In this document: piece after piece, positions 1 to 12,161 of the stretch
How the letters are laid out: every line of letters begins with the position of its first letter
How positions within the stretch are numbered: the first letter of the stretch is position 1
From: Candidatus Hodarchaeum mangrovi
GTDB taxonomy: Archaea; Asgardarchaeota; Heimdallarchaeia; Hodarchaeales; Hodarchaeaceae
NCBI GenBank assembly: GCA_016839515.1
Contig: JAEOUE010000207.1
Span: 28,528 to 92,527, forward strand
Length of the DNA: 64,000 nucleotides
Direction of reading: 5' to 3'
Translations under genes and position numbers: made by a program
Notes under the pieces: generated by a model
What the model was told of the DNA's origin: nothing
Database searches by the model: none
Seen by the model: only the letters and a program-made list of their open reading frames with translations

Positions 1-488
1 TAAATTATTTTTGAAAAAACTAATCAAAATTAAAGAATCTTTAAAATAGCTTTTAAAGGTCTTAATACGTTTATGTTTTTTAATAAACTCTAATGAAATA
101 ATTTTACTTTTTTTAAGTGAAAATGTGTCTATTTTTGTTTCGATGAGAAAAAATGGAAACACAAAATTAATGAAATAAACCCATTTTGACAACAAATAAA
201 GGATGAATAAGTCGATTATTATCCTTGAATGAAGCATAATTATTAATTTTTGACTTAATCCGAGAAAAAATAAGCTTGCAATAAAAATCCTTGAAAGTAC
301 TGTATTAAAAATCCCTATTTTTTCTAAAATAAGAAAATCAAGTGATCTGCTTCTTTCGATTGGTTTCATCCTAAATAATTCCACCAATCGAAAATATTCC
401 TTTACTAAATATAATCTCACTAAAATCTTTAATCTTTGAACAACTTGGGACCTTATAAAAAGAACTTGTAAAATTCTACTGATGATAA

Positions 489-704
489 ATGAAGATTAAT
501 AAAAAACTGCTCAATCGATTATCATTCCTTAATAAAAGGATGAAAACTGACAAAAGAGGGTCTCCTCTAGTTGAAGAAGGGATATTAATCGGATTAGGTT
601 TATTCGGGTTCCTCTTAATATTATCCATTGTTACTGGGGTTCTTGATTGGCTTTTACTTAATGCTGATAAATTATTATCTGAATTAACTTCATTATTTCC
701 TTAA
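489..704 (+). CDS. Small Flp/type IV pilin-like protein with class III signal peptide
   Basis: Basic leader ending KRG|SPLVEE (Glu at +5), then a long hydrophobic helix; 71 aa. Confidence 0.7.
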   Translation: MKINKKLLNRLSFLNKRMKTDKRGSPLVEEGILIGLGLFGFLLILSIVTGVLDWLLLNADKLLSELTSLFP

Positions 705-808
705 AGTATGGAAAATTAAATCCTAAAATCAAAAAAAATAACCAGAGACTTCCTTTCTTCAAATTAATCTTAATTCTGTCTAATTTTTAATCCCAGATAA
801 TTAGTTTA

Positions 809-883
809 TGGACCGAGTGGGATTTGAACCCACGACCTCCTGGATGCAAACCAGGCGCTACTACCAAGCTGAGCTATCGGCCC
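809..883 (-). tRNA. tRNA-Ala(UGC), no intron
   Basis: Cloverleaf GGGCCGA...CCTGG TT TGC AT CCAGG...TTCAAAT...TCGGTCC A; G3:U70 pair. Confidence 0.96.
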
Positions 884-928
884 AAAGATTCAATTCCAGA
901 ACAAAAACCTTTTCTTTTTAAATATGTT

Positions 929-1495
929 TCAATCTTCTTCTAAAGGTGGTTCCTTCCAGATTCTTAGCGGTCTTTGCTTAGATTGAAACCGAATTTGTTC
1001 AAGATAACGATAAACCGTACTATGTCTTGAACCTTGAATAAGTTGTAGAATCGCCTCTTTAGCATAATTGATTTCCTCTAAGTTACCAATTAATGCAACT
1101 TGATTTCCAAAGACAGAAACATGTGTATCGGTACTAGTTTCTATAATATTACGCGTTTTTCCTTTTTCTCCTATTATCCGAGATTTAATTCTTTTAATAT
1201 TATTTTTGGTCCCTTCTAAGTCAATTGTTTCTAAAAAAATATCATCATCAAGGAGATAAAGAGCTTTTTCTGCACTAAAACCCTTACCGATTGCTTTTAC
1301 AATATCTCGGGCTTTTAAAACAAGCGTGGGATCTGTAGTATCAGGGGTTGATTTAATTATTACTGAACCATCATCACTATTTACTAAAATACTTACCTGA
1401 GTAATAGATTCTATATCAGACTTTGTTTCTCCTTTTTTACCTATTAAAACCCCAATTCGTGATTTAGGAATTCGGATATGGCTATCAATTACCAT
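929..1495 (-). CDS. KH-domain pre-rRNA processing protein (Dim2/Pno1 family)
   Basis: KH motifs IGVLIGKKG and RIIGEKGKTR; GSRHSTVYRYLE; next to RIO1. Confidence 0.92.
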   Translation of the reverse strand: MVIDSHIRIPKSRIGVLIGKKGETKSDIESITQVSILVNSDDGSVIIKSTPDTTDPTLVLKARDIVKAIGKGFSAEKALYLLDDDIFLETIDLEGTKNNIKRIKSRIIGEKGKTRNIIETSTDTHVSVFGNQVALIGNLEEINYAKEAILQLIQGSRHSTVYRYLEQIRFQSKQRPLRIWKEPPLEED

Positions 1496-1510
1496 TTTTT
1501 GCGCCTCTGA

Positions 1511-2341
1511 TCAAGTAATTTCTATATCAGGAAAGTCACGGGTTAATGACTCAAAAACTTCATTCTCCAATGGAACTGGAATACCTTTTGAAGAAAATGC
1601 ATATAAGATATTTTCGATATCTCTTTGAAGGAATTCTAAAGCCCTTGGATGTGATGTTAGAACACTTTGACTCATATCAATAAAATAAGGTTTATCATGA
1701 TGAATGATAATATTATAGGCAGAAAGGTCAGCATGGATAAGATTAGCGTTCAATACAAGCCTTTCCATTTGTACGAGTATTAATTCTAACATCTCTTTTG
1801 TAAATGCCTTGGGATAATCTTTCAATAGGGGTGAGGGAGTTCCATCCTCTCCCAAAAGTTCCATGAGGAGCATATTATTTCTTACCAGGATTGGTTTTGG
1901 TACATTAATATTAGCTTGAACACATCTTAAAAGATTCTTATATTCTTTATCAGCCCAAAGATTGATAATTTTTCTAATATTTTTACTCTTTTTATGAAAT
2001 CTAACATCTCCAGAAACATAGTCAATAATTCTCTTAAAATTCAGTGTACTAGTTCTAAAGATTTTAATTACAATTGGTGAGGATACTCCAGATTCTTTTA
2101 CCATTTCAGTGCCTTTTGAACCTAATAACGCTAAAAAAACTCCAGACTCTTTTCCAGAAGCTATAGTACCAGTTATTTGATCGATTATACGCAATGATTG
2201 AAGTTTTTTAATCTGTTTTGCTGTATTTAAATCAATGACAGCACTCACAGTTTCATAATCTTCTTTTTTTTTTCTCTTCTTTCTCCATCGATCTTCTTTA
2301 TCTTCTAATTTTTCCCATATTCTTTTGTCGTTTATTTTCAT
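1511..2341 (-). CDS. rio1: RIO1-family serine kinase
   Basis: SGKESGVF, WADKEYKNL, IHADLSAYNI and IDMSQSV motifs; likely start is ATG 2341 (ORF track extends to 2380). Confidence 0.93.
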   Translation of the reverse strand: MKINDKRIWEKLEDKEDRWRKKRKKKEDYETVSAVIDLNTAKQIKKLQSLRIIDQITGTIASGKESGVFLALLGSKGTEMVKESGVSSPIVIKIFRTSTLNFKRIIDYVSGDVRFHKKSKNIRKIINLWADKEYKNLLRCVQANINVPKPILVRNNMLLMELLGEDGTPSPLLKDYPKAFTKEMLELILVQMERLVLNANLIHADLSAYNIIIHHDKPYFIDMSQSVLTSHPRALEFLQRDIENILYAFSSKGIPVPLENEVFESLTRDFPDIEIT

Positions 2342-2951
2342 CTCGATGGGACACCGGTTTATAAATGATAGGTTTGCCATAATTTCTAGAGGTAATTCTA
2401 GGTTGAATTAATCCACAATTTGGGCATTCTAATAAATCTTGCCTTTTATATTCTATTTCTTGACCACAATGATTACAAAATGCTATTATAACACCTAAAC
2501 CAGATCCTACTAGACCAACAGATAATGGAGTTGATGTTCGAATAATTTTTACTGCTAGCCAATCACCTGGTCTAGCAACTTCATACATATTCCTAACATA
2601 ATGTTTTGACGCCTCAGAAACATGAAGAATCGCATTTACAGGTAGAGGTATATTTATATTGTTAACATAATGCAAGTTAAGGGAAGCAACTTGCTTTTTA
2701 ACAAATTCTACACGACCAATCCCAATATCTCCTACATTTATTTGTAAGTACCTTTTCTTAGGTACAATGGAAATTTTATGTTTCTTACGATCCGTAACAA
2801 TATTCCCGAGTAGAGATGAAAAAATTTCTCCTTCTTCTTCAAAACAAGTTTCATCAGGTAAAAATTCTTCTATAATTGCAATTTTTTCCCCTGGTACAAC
2901 TATTTCATTATGACTTTGATAATCATCTTTTTTACTCATTTCCTTTCCCAA
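2298..2951 (-). CDS. csl4: Exosome complex RNA-binding protein Csl4
   Basis: N-terminal VVPGEKI, S1 domain, LGVIIAFCNHCG...CPNCG zinc ribbon. Confidence 0.9.
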   Translation of the reverse strand: MGKEMSKKDDYQSHNEIVVPGEKIAIIEEFLPDETCFEEEGEIFSSLLGNIVTDRKKHKISIVPKKRYLQINVGDIGIGRVEFVKKQVASLNLHYVNNINIPLPVNAILHVSEASKHYVRNMYEVARPGDWLAVKIIRTSTPLSVGLVGSGLGVIIAFCNHCGQEIEYKRQDLLECPNCGLIQPRITSRNYGKPIIYKPVSHRDENKRQKNMGKIRR

Positions 2952-3077
2952 ATAGCCATTCTAAAGGTTCATTATTAACTCTAACCACTATGATCAATAG
3001 ATAAAAATTTGATTTAATTTCATAATGGAATGCAGTATTAAGTCTATCTAAAATTGTTTTGATTAAAATAATTAAAA

Positions 3078-3773
3078 TCATACATTTGTCTTTAAAATCC
3101 TGAATATATCAATTCTAACGATATGTTTCTCTTTATGGTGAAATATCATACTTGGAAGTAAAGAGAATTCAACAGTTGACACAATCGACACATCCATATT
3201 GTTATTCCCTCCCATCTGAAAAATTCTCTTTCTAGTTCTAAAATTTGATTTATGAATTGAAATTATTGTACTAGCAAATGTCATTGCTTTTATTAAGAAT
3301 ATAAAATCTATTTTTCTTCTTTTTGTCCCGAATGGAGGATTCATAATACATGTTTGGAATTTTTTACCCCAATTAAATGCTTCTAAGAATTCAATTGATG
3401 TGACCAATGAGTCAACTTCGAGTTTTTCTTTATGTGCAACTTGTAACATATGTTTAACACTTATTTCGTCAATATCTACACCTAAGACTTTTTTTGTTAT
3501 ATATTTCCTTAAAGGAAGGGTAAATCTTCCAGTTCCACATCCTAAATCTACAATTGATTTATTCTCTAAATATTTCCATTGAGAAATAAATATAAAAGCG
3601 ATAAGATCACTTGGAAGACTATATTGCTCCAGAATTACTTTTGGGTATTGAAATTCTTGAATAGTTGATATAAAATTAGATATCTGTTCAAGTTTCCTTT
3701 GCTTTTCTACGGTCCATCTTAATTCTTGCGAAGATAGAATTTTAAAATTTTTATTAACCAAGTTCAACTCCAC
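3078..3773 (-). CDS. METTL5-family rRNA N6-adenine methyltransferase
   Basis: LEQY, DLGCGTG and MNPPFG motifs; upstream of csl4. Confidence 0.88.
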   Translation of the reverse strand: MELNLVNKNFKILSSQELRWTVEKQRKLEQISNFISTIQEFQYPKVILEQYSLPSDLIAFIFISQWKYLENKSIVDLGCGTGRFTLPLRKYITKKVLGVDIDEISVKHMLQVAHKEKLEVDSLVTSIEFLEAFNWGKKFQTCIMNPPFGTKRRKIDFIFLIKAMTFASTIISIHKSNFRTRKRIFQMGGNNNMDVSIVSTVEFSLLPSMIFHHKEKHIVRIDIFRILKTNV

Positions 3774-3828
3774 TTATCTATCCTCACGTATGAGTTGAAA
3801 ATCCTAAATGCAAAAAGGATTAAGAAAA

Positions 3829-4272
3829 TTAACGCATTTTCTTCTCTCTTTTTCCAGAGAGCATTGCATCGAGACTAACTCCATTGATGTGAACAACACG
3901 ATATCTAACACCAGGAAGGTCTCCAATGGCTCCACCTTTAGCCCCTCCAATGCCTTCAATAGAAACTTCATCATGTTCATCAATATATAGCAGACCTCCA
4001 TCGCCAGGTATGAATGCTGTAACCTGTTTCCCATTTTTAATTAATTGAACACGAATGCATTTCCTGATTGCGGAGTTAGGTTGTTTTGATTCAATACCTA
4101 CTTTTTCAATCACAATACCCCTTGCTTGAGGGGCTCCCTCGAGGGGGTCATATTTTTCTTTAAGACGAAGAATTTTTCGTTTATATGCAGTACTCTTCCA
4201 ACGGAATTTCTTTCTTTTGCGAACTAACTTACTTGCAGCAAATTCTCCTCGGGGGGATTTAAGTCCTGTCAT
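3829..4272 (-). CDS. rps12: 30S ribosomal protein uS12
   Basis: [20 protein letters not shown] signature. Confidence 0.98.
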   Translation of the reverse strand: MTGLKSPRGEFAASKLVRKRKKFRWKSTAYKRKILRLKEKYDPLEGAPQARGIVIEKVGIESKQPNSAIRKCIRVQLIKNGKQVTAFIPGDGGLLYIDEHDEVSIEGIGGAKGGAIGDLPGVRYRVVHINGVSLDAMLSGKREKKMR

Positions 4273-4413
4273 TTTTATGCACCTACATCTATATTTCGAC
4301 TAATTATTAATTTTACAATAAATTCTATTAGTAATTTTAGGAACTAACATTAATTACTATTTTTTACTTGAGTTTTATGAAGGATTGTATTTTTTATATA
4401 ACTGGGCAGTTTA

Positions 4414-4869
4414 TCATGTTGCCTCGCGAAGCTCTACATGATCAATTCCAAAATGCCTTTTCAGGAGTAATCGAGAACGGTGAATATTTCTACCGTTTTT
4501 TCCAATAGCTTTTCCCTTTTCCTTAGAAACAACAGTTACAACGACAACTTTTTCACCAGCTCTCTTTAAAATTTCTACACTTTTAGTTTTGGCTGGTGCT
4601 AAAGTGTTTGAAACAAAATCTTCAAGTTTATTAGAATATTCTACAATATCAATTTGTTTTTGGAAATATTCTCTTAAACGTCTTATTGTGGTACCTCCGC
4701 GTCCTATTACTTTTCCAGTGTCGTGTCTTTTCACTACGAAAATCACACGACTCCCTTCTTTATCCCAAATACAATCTACAGCTAAAGCTCCAGTGAAACC
4801 TTCAAGTTTAGATATAAATTGAAGCTCTTCTTGGGACATTCGAATATTTGACACTAGTAAACATCCCAA
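4414..4869 (-). CDS. nusA: Archaeal NusA-like KH protein
   Basis: KH motifs GKVIGRGG and AIGKNGRNI; conserved position between eL30 and uS12; true start probably a few codons later. Confidence 0.92.
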   Translation of the reverse strand: MGCLLVSNIRMSQEELQFISKLEGFTGALAVDCIWDKEGSRVIFVVKRHDTGKVIGRGGTTIRRLREYFQKQIDIVEYSNKLEDFVSNTLAPAKTKSVEILKRAGEKVVVVTVVSKEKGKAIGKNGRNIHRSRLLLKRHFGIDHVELREAT

Positions 4870-6373
<1,504 letters not shown>

Positions 6374-6376
6374 CTA

Positions 6377-9064
6377 TTACTTCTCCTCTGAGGATAAAAC
6401 TTCCTCAATAATAGCATCAATATCAACAGGTCTTCCATGGTAAGATTTCATAGGATCTACTCCATCTTCCCCATATTTTAGTTGAACAACATCTCCCTCC
6501 GTTGTTCGAACGATTATATCGTAATTTACATGGAGGTCTTGTAAAGCATTTACTAACCTTCTTTGCAGATATCCACTTGTTGAAGTTCGAACTGCTGTGT
6601 CTACTAATCCTTCGCGACCTCCCTGAGCATGGAAGAAGAATTCGGTAGGAGAAAGGCCGGAACGATAATTTGAACGGACAAATCCACGAGCAATAGGTCC
6701 AATATCATTCTTTTCAAAGTGTGGTAACGCTCTTTTACGGTATCCTCTCAAAATTCTTTCTCCACGAATAGATTGCTGTCCAACACATGCAGCCATCTGA
6801 GCGATATTTAATTGAGTACCTTTAGCTCCAGTTGATGCCATAACAACAGCTGTATTCGATATTCCCATGTAATCATTGGCTATACTTCCGGCACCATCTC
6901 TTGCTTTTGCTAGGACACTCATAATTCGCATTTCTAGCGTTTCTTCAAGTGATTTACCTGGGAGAGGTTCTAATTCTCCTTTACGATATGATCCAATCAT
7001 TTCATGAGCAGAATTCTCTTTTTCTTCAATTAGGGCACGTATTCTCCGCTTTCCTTCTTCGGGAATATTTACATTTGAGTACCCTAAGCTAAATCCTTCG
7101 TGAGACAAGAATTCTAGTAGCATTTGAGTAAGGGAATCTAAGAATTCACGTGCACGATCGCTTCCATGATCTTTAACTACAACATGTAATACACTTTCTG
7201 ATTCATCTGCTCCAATAGCTCGTCGATCAATAACCCCAGATAATAATTGTCCACCTCTGATATACACATAACTATCAAACTCGCAAAGTTCTCCCTTACA
7301 AACATCATGCTTACGACATGTTCTAGATTTTGAGGTTACATTGACATCTGGTGGTAACAATAAACTAAAAACTTGTTTTCCAGTCCAAAGTTCTTTAGGA
7401 TGTTGTACCGCAGGTAAAGGAAGTTCTCTTTCATAATTTCCCGCTAATAGAAGCTGCCATACATCCTCTTTAGTAATTAATGTTTTCTTACGTGTTAAAA
7501 GAAATGCTGCTGAGACATAATCATGTAAAGCACCAATTATAGGGCCACCATACCTAGGAGAAAGAATTTGTTCCTGAACTCTCATTAAAACTCTAGTTTC
7601 TGCCCGTGCTTCTTCACTCTGAGGGACATGAAGATTCATCTCATCTCCATCAAAATCAGCGTTATAGGGGGTACATACACATAGATGAAGTCTAAAGGTT
7701 TTATAGGGCATAACTCGTACTTCATGAGCCATTATTGACATTCGATGTAATGAAGGTTGTCGATTAAATAACACCATATCTCCATCCCTTAAATGTCGTT
7801 CAACAATAAATCCTTGATCAATCATTTCAGCGGTATTATTAAGATCACCAACAAATCTGAGATCTATTCTTTTTCCATCTGGTCTAATGATATAATTTGA
7901 ACCTGTTTTAGATACCCCAGTTTTTTCATCAATCTCAGGATTTGGACCATTCATAACTAACTCTTTCATCTCTTCAATATTCCATTCTGTTACTCTCTCT
8001 GGAACAGTAAGGATCTTAGCTATTTGTTCAGGCACACCAACTTCATTGATAGAGATATTAGGATCTGGAGAGACAACTGTTCGTGCTGAAAAATCTACAC
8101 GTTTACCTGATAGATTTCCTCTGAAACGCCCTTCTTTTCCACGAAGGCGTTGTGTAAGAGTTCTCAATGCTCTTCCCGACCGATGTCTGGCAGGGGGAAT
8201 GCCTGCTACCTCATTATCCATGAAAGTAGTGACATGATATTGTAAAAGTTCCCATAGATCTTCTACTATTAATTGTGGAGCTCCTGCTTCAATATTTTCT
8301 CTCAGTCTTTGATTTATGCGAATAATATCTACTAATTTATGAGTGAGATCGTCTTCACTTCTCACACCAGATTCTAAAGTAATTGATGCACGTACTGATA
8401 CAGGAGGAACTGGAAGGACAGAAAGTATCATCCATTCAGGTCGAGAATGCTGTGCATCTATACCAAGAAGATAAAGATCTTGGGTTACAATTCCTTCAAA
8501 CCTTTTTTGAATTTCTGTGGGGGTAATTCTTACCGAGCCTTCGGGTGTCTCCTCATAAAAGCTTGTTGGTTTCTCATACTTGATTTTATACTGAGTTTGC
8601 TCACAATGTGGACACTCTGACCTTTTTCTAGCCTCTTTAACAACATCTTTATATAAATCAGAGACAAGCTTTAGGTCTTCTTCTTGTTCTGCTTTTTCAA
8701 TCGCGTGATGGTATCTTCTGATTGTTAGAGGATCAAGAAGAATTCTTGAACACGCACGACAAGAGGTTCGAAGAAGCTTATAGATAATTGACTTTGCATA
8801 ACCGACATGGATTACAGGTCTGGCAAGCTCAATCATGCCAAAATGTCCAGGACATTCTCCCACTTGATTTCCACAGGTTTTACAACGTTGACCAGGCTCA
8901 ATTGTACCTAATCTACGATCTATTAATCCACCCTCAATAGGGGTTCCATCTTCGTTATAGGTATCAGCAGTTATAATTTTAGTAACAGCCATTTTCCGAA
9001 TTTCGTCTGGTGAAAGAATTCCAAATTGAATTTGATTAATTTTTTTCAGCTCTGGTGTCCACAT
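6377..9064 (-). CDS. rpoA1: RNA polymerase subunit A' (Rpo1N)
   Basis: Catalytic YNADFDGDEMN, CPGHFG, GYLQRRL. Confidence 0.99.
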   Translation of the reverse strand: MWTPELKKINQIQFGILSPDEIRKMAVTKIITADTYNEDGTPIEGGLIDRRLGTIEPGQRCKTCGNQVGECPGHFGMIELARPVIHVGYAKSIIYKLLRTSCRACSRILLDPLTIRRYHHAIEKAEQEEDLKLVSDLYKDVVKEARKRSECPHCEQTQYKIKYEKPTSFYEETPEGSVRITPTEIQKRFEGIVTQDLYLLGIDAQHSRPEWMILSVLPVPPVSVRASITLESGVRSEDDLTHKLVDIIRINQRLRENIEAGAPQLIVEDLWELLQYHVTTFMDNEVAGIPPARHRSGRALRTLTQRLRGKEGRFRGNLSGKRVDFSARTVVSPDPNISINEVGVPEQIAKILTVPERVTEWNIEEMKELVMNGPNPEIDEKTGVSKTGSNYIIRPDGKRIDLRFVGDLNNTAEMIDQGFIVERHLRDGDMVLFNRQPSLHRMSIMAHEVRVMPYKTFRLHLCVCTPYNADFDGDEMNLHVPQSEEARAETRVLMRVQEQILSPRYGGPIIGALHDYVSAAFLLTRKKTLITKEDVWQLLLAGNYERELPLPAVQHPKELWTGKQVFSLLLPPDVNVTSKSRTCRKHDVCKGELCEFDSYVYIRGGQLLSGVIDRRAIGADESESVLHVVVKDHGSDRAREFLDSLTQMLLEFLSHEGFSLGYSNVNIPEEGKRRIRALIEEKENSAHEMIGSYRKGELEPLPGKSLEETLEMRIMSVLAKARDGAGSIANDYMGISNTAVVMASTGAKGTQLNIAQMAACVGQQSIRGERILRGYRKRALPHFEKNDIGPIARGFVRSNYRSGLSPTEFFFHAQGGREGLVDTAVRTSTSGYLQRRLVNALQDLHVNYDIIVRTTEGDVVQLKYGEDGVDPMKSYHGRPVDIDAIIEEVLSSEEK

Positions 9065-9571
9065 AAGGTATTCTCCCAGCTATTATTACGCTTAATACAA
9101 ATCAAAGTAATCTTGAAGGGTTAATGTCATTTTAAATAGAAAATTGGTCGCGAAATAAGAGAAGTGCTTAGTTAAAGCGAACCACAATTTTGCTTATGTA
9201 TCTTCATACCAAATTTCTCTCAATTGAGAAATTTTGAAATACCATATTTTCAATATTTTTAAACCAAAGCATTAATTTAACCTTTAAATAGCCTTTAAAC
9301 TCATTCTTGGAGATCATTTGAACTAAATATATACATGATACTAACCAGAATCGGATTGATAATATATAATGACAGAATTTCTATAGATAGGAGTAAATTA
9401 GACTTTTTGAAGAATAGAGACTAGCTACGACACGATATAACACTTTGGTTGATATTAAAAATTCTTAAGCTACCTTTCCATGGCTTTTATTAATTATATT
9501 GAACTGTCAAGAAGAACTAAATATTTAATCCTAAAATTCAAAGCATTCCTTTTTATATAAAGTCTCTGAGG

Positions 9572-9817
9572 TTAAAAATGTGAGATCTGGTTAATTGTAA
9601 ATAAGAATAAACCGATAAATAAACAATATTTTCCCAATTTACTTCCAGTTGGAGGATAAATTATTGCACCTAATGCAATTAAAAATGCACCAAATGGAAT
9701 AGAAGTTATTATCTCAACTATTGAATTAATAATTTGGATTATTATTTCATCTAATATTTCTACCACAACCAAATAGGCATTTTTGGAAATTTGAACCCAA
9801 TAGGAAGAAGAACACAT
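9572..9817 (-). CDS. Small hydrophobic membrane protein (possible VirB2/TrbC-like hairpin)
   Basis: Amphipathic helix plus two hydrophobic segments separated by PPTGSKLGK; start uncertain. Confidence 0.5.
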   Translation of the reverse strand: MCSSSYWVQISKNAYLVVVEILDEIIIQIINSIVEIITSIPFGAFLIALGAIIYPPTGSKLGKYCLFIGLFLFTINQISHF

Positions 9818-10269
9818 AAAAGACAGATAATACTTTTCTTTAGACTTTTCTTACGTTTTAAATCTGCTTCTATTAAAAATAATCCTAAATTCCCAATAAA
9901 AACTATTAATGATAAAGCAGCAAAGGTAAATAATAAGTAAGAGGTAATATACGAAGTAATTGGGACAATATCAGATAAATATTCGTTTTCTGACTGTTTA
10001 TTATTCATTTGATATGTAAAAATATTCATTATCAGGATTAACACGATTAATGAACGAGCTATGATCCTTTTCCCATTTTCCTCATTATAATCAACTAAAT
10101 ATGTAATCGCTCCCAAAATTAAAGCAATATTTGAAGTCGCAAATGCTAGGATGATTAAAATCGGTAATATAAACTCTAAACTTGAAATAATATAAGATGA
10201 GAAGTTTCCTAGTGTCTGTTCAATTGTAAAAGGGATATAGGGACTTAAACCACTCATTTTGATTTCCAT
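9760..10269 (-). CDS. Four-TM membrane protein with internally repeated hairpin
   Basis: Two similar TM-charged loop-TM units (LGAITYLVDYNEENGKRIIARSLI / LGLFLIEADLKRKKSLKKSII); downstream of the secretion ATPase. Confidence 0.65.
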   Translation of the reverse strand: MEIKMSGLSPYIPFTIEQTLGNFSSYIISSLEFILPILIILAFATSNIALILGAITYLVDYNEENGKRIIARSLIVLILIMNIFTYQMNNKQSENEYLSDIVPITSYITSYLLFTFAALSLIVFIGNLGLFLIEADLKRKKSLKKSIICLLCVLLPIGFKFPKMPIWLW

Positions 10270-10345
10270 TTATACAAATTCATGCGATTTAATCTACCTG
10301 CTACTATCTAAATTTAATCACCTAAATTTTAGAAGGAGGTAATCA

Positions 10346-11701
10346 TCATATAGTGATACTTTTGAGAGTAAGTGGATCATCAAACATCTGTTTTAAAAAG
10401 TTAATAGTAAAAATGTCAGAAGAATTACACTCTTGTGCAAAAAAAGAGTTAATTACTTCATCTTCAATCACATTTACTTGTCCTTTGTTATTTAATTCTG
10501 CAATCTTTAATACAAATCTTCTTTTTTTGTTTTTATTCCAAGTTACAGCTAGTTCAACAAAAACATGAGGGATTGAAGTTTTAAGAAGACTTAAAGGTAT
10601 ATGATATATGTCATTAAGCCGAATAAACAAGAGCTGAGAATTGGAACCATGAATTGTTTGAATAGAAGGTATTCCTACTGAAAGAATATTTAAAAAGGCA
10701 TTATAATGATCTTCCGTAGATAACTCGCCTAGATTGATAAAGTCTGGACTTCGGTGCAAGATTTTTTGGATTTCAAGCGATTTTGTGATCAATTGAGTAG
10801 AATAAGGATCATAACCTAATCTGAATTTAATTGTTTTTCCAATACGGGTGCTAGATGCCTCTAAAACATCTTCAATTGAGATGAGCCTATAATGAGAAGG
10901 AATAAATTCTATTAATGCGTTCTGAAGCGTTGTTTTCCCCGAGTTAGGAGGGCCTATGATTGTGATCGTAACACGATTTTTTATAAAAAAAGCCAACAAC
11001 AGGGCTTGATTCCTTGTTAAACTGTTATTTTCTATTAAATCTTTCAGCCTAAGGGATTTATTACGAAACTTTCTTATGTCAATATAATAATCTCCTATTA
11101 TTAATGGTGGTATATCTACTGTTACTCGTGTATGGAAAAGAGACGAAATAAAATCTGCTTTCATGGTAGGATTGGCATGATTCAATGAAAAATCATTTTC
11201 TAATGCTATTCTATAAATAAAAGATTCAATTTCGCTTTTTTTTAACTTAATCGATGTGGAACATCTTCCATACTTTGAATGATCAATATAGAGATTATTA
11301 TCACTTGAATCTAAATAAATTTCATCTATTTGATTGTCTAAAAGTAAAGGAGCTAATTTTTCAAGTTGGAGAACTTTAAAAAAAATTGGGATAAACAATT
11401 TGTAGGGTATCTTCATTTTATTTTTCAAAATTTCTTTATTTAGAATTTGGAATAAATTTCCTAATGAATAGAATTCATTTTTTTCCTTTAAAAAAGAAAT
11501 TAGATATTCTTTTAATATGGATTCGTACTCGATAAAGTTTTTGAGAGATTCAAACGTTTTTTGATCATAATCAACAGAATATTCAATATTTTGATTTAAA
11601 TTATCGAATAAAATATTAATTATATAATTGTAATTAGAATACGATTCAATTAATTGGTGTTGCTTCTTTTGTAGACTATTTAACAGGACAGAGTAAGTCA
11701 A
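10346..11701 (-). CDS. VirB11/CpaF(TadA)-like secretion or pilus ATPase
   Basis: Walker A GPPNSGKTT, Asp box ISIEDVLE, Walker B PDFINLGEL, His box QTIHG. Confidence 0.88.
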   Translation of the reverse strand: MTYSVLLNSLQKKQHQLIESYSNYNYIINILFDNLNQNIEYSVDYDQKTFESLKNFIEYESILKEYLISFLKEKNEFYSLGNLFQILNKEILKNKMKIPYKLFIPIFFKVLQLEKLAPLLLDNQIDEIYLDSSDNNLYIDHSKYGRCSTSIKLKKSEIESFIYRIALENDFSLNHANPTMKADFISSLFHTRVTVDIPPLIIGDYYIDIRKFRNKSLRLKDLIENNSLTRNQALLLAFFIKNRVTITIIGPPNSGKTTLQNALIEFIPSHYRLISIEDVLEASSTRIGKTIKFRLGYDPYSTQLITKSLEIQKILHRSPDFINLGELSTEDHYNAFLNILSVGIPSIQTIHGSNSQLLFIRLNDIYHIPLSLLKTSIPHVFVELAVTWNKNKKRRFVLKIAELNNKGQVNVIEDEVINSFFAQECNSSDIFTINFLKQMFDDPLTLKSITI

Positions 11702-11729
11702 TTTCTAAACCTTTTATGAATAGTATAAT

Positions 11730-12041
11730 TTATCGTGAATTGAGTGAATCTTTTAACATTTGGTCAAAAACTAGATCTAATTTTTTGGGTAGGTGTATAT
11801 TTCTATTCAAATCATTCTTTTCAGCTATTTCGAAACAATATTTCCTCCTTACAATTCCCTCCCCATCAATATATAGGGTTAAGACATGACCATTATTTGT
11901 ATGTGAGATTGCCTTAGTGATTAATGCATGATTTGATCGAGCATAATCTAATTCACCTTTACTAAGAAAAATGGTTTCTTTCTCACCACAAAGAGGGCAA
12001 CTTGTTTGAATCATTGACTTTTGAGCTTGAATAGACACCAC
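11730..12041 (-). CDS. Small putative zinc-binding protein
   Basis: CPLC plus H-x4-H-x4-YID-x4-VR pattern. Confidence 0.65.
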   Translation of the reverse strand: MVSIQAQKSMIQTSCPLCGEKETIFLSKGELDYARSNHALITKAISHTNNGHVLTLYIDGEGIVRRKYCFEIAEKNDLNRNIHLPKKLDLVFDQMLKDSLNSR

Positions 12042-12161
12042 AACAATAACCTATCTTCTTTATAATTTCTAGAATAAAAACTCCTAAATTTTTAAGATAA
12101 AAACAAACTAGGGAATTTATAAAGAAGAATATAGGTCTTTAAAGATTGATGAATATTACAT

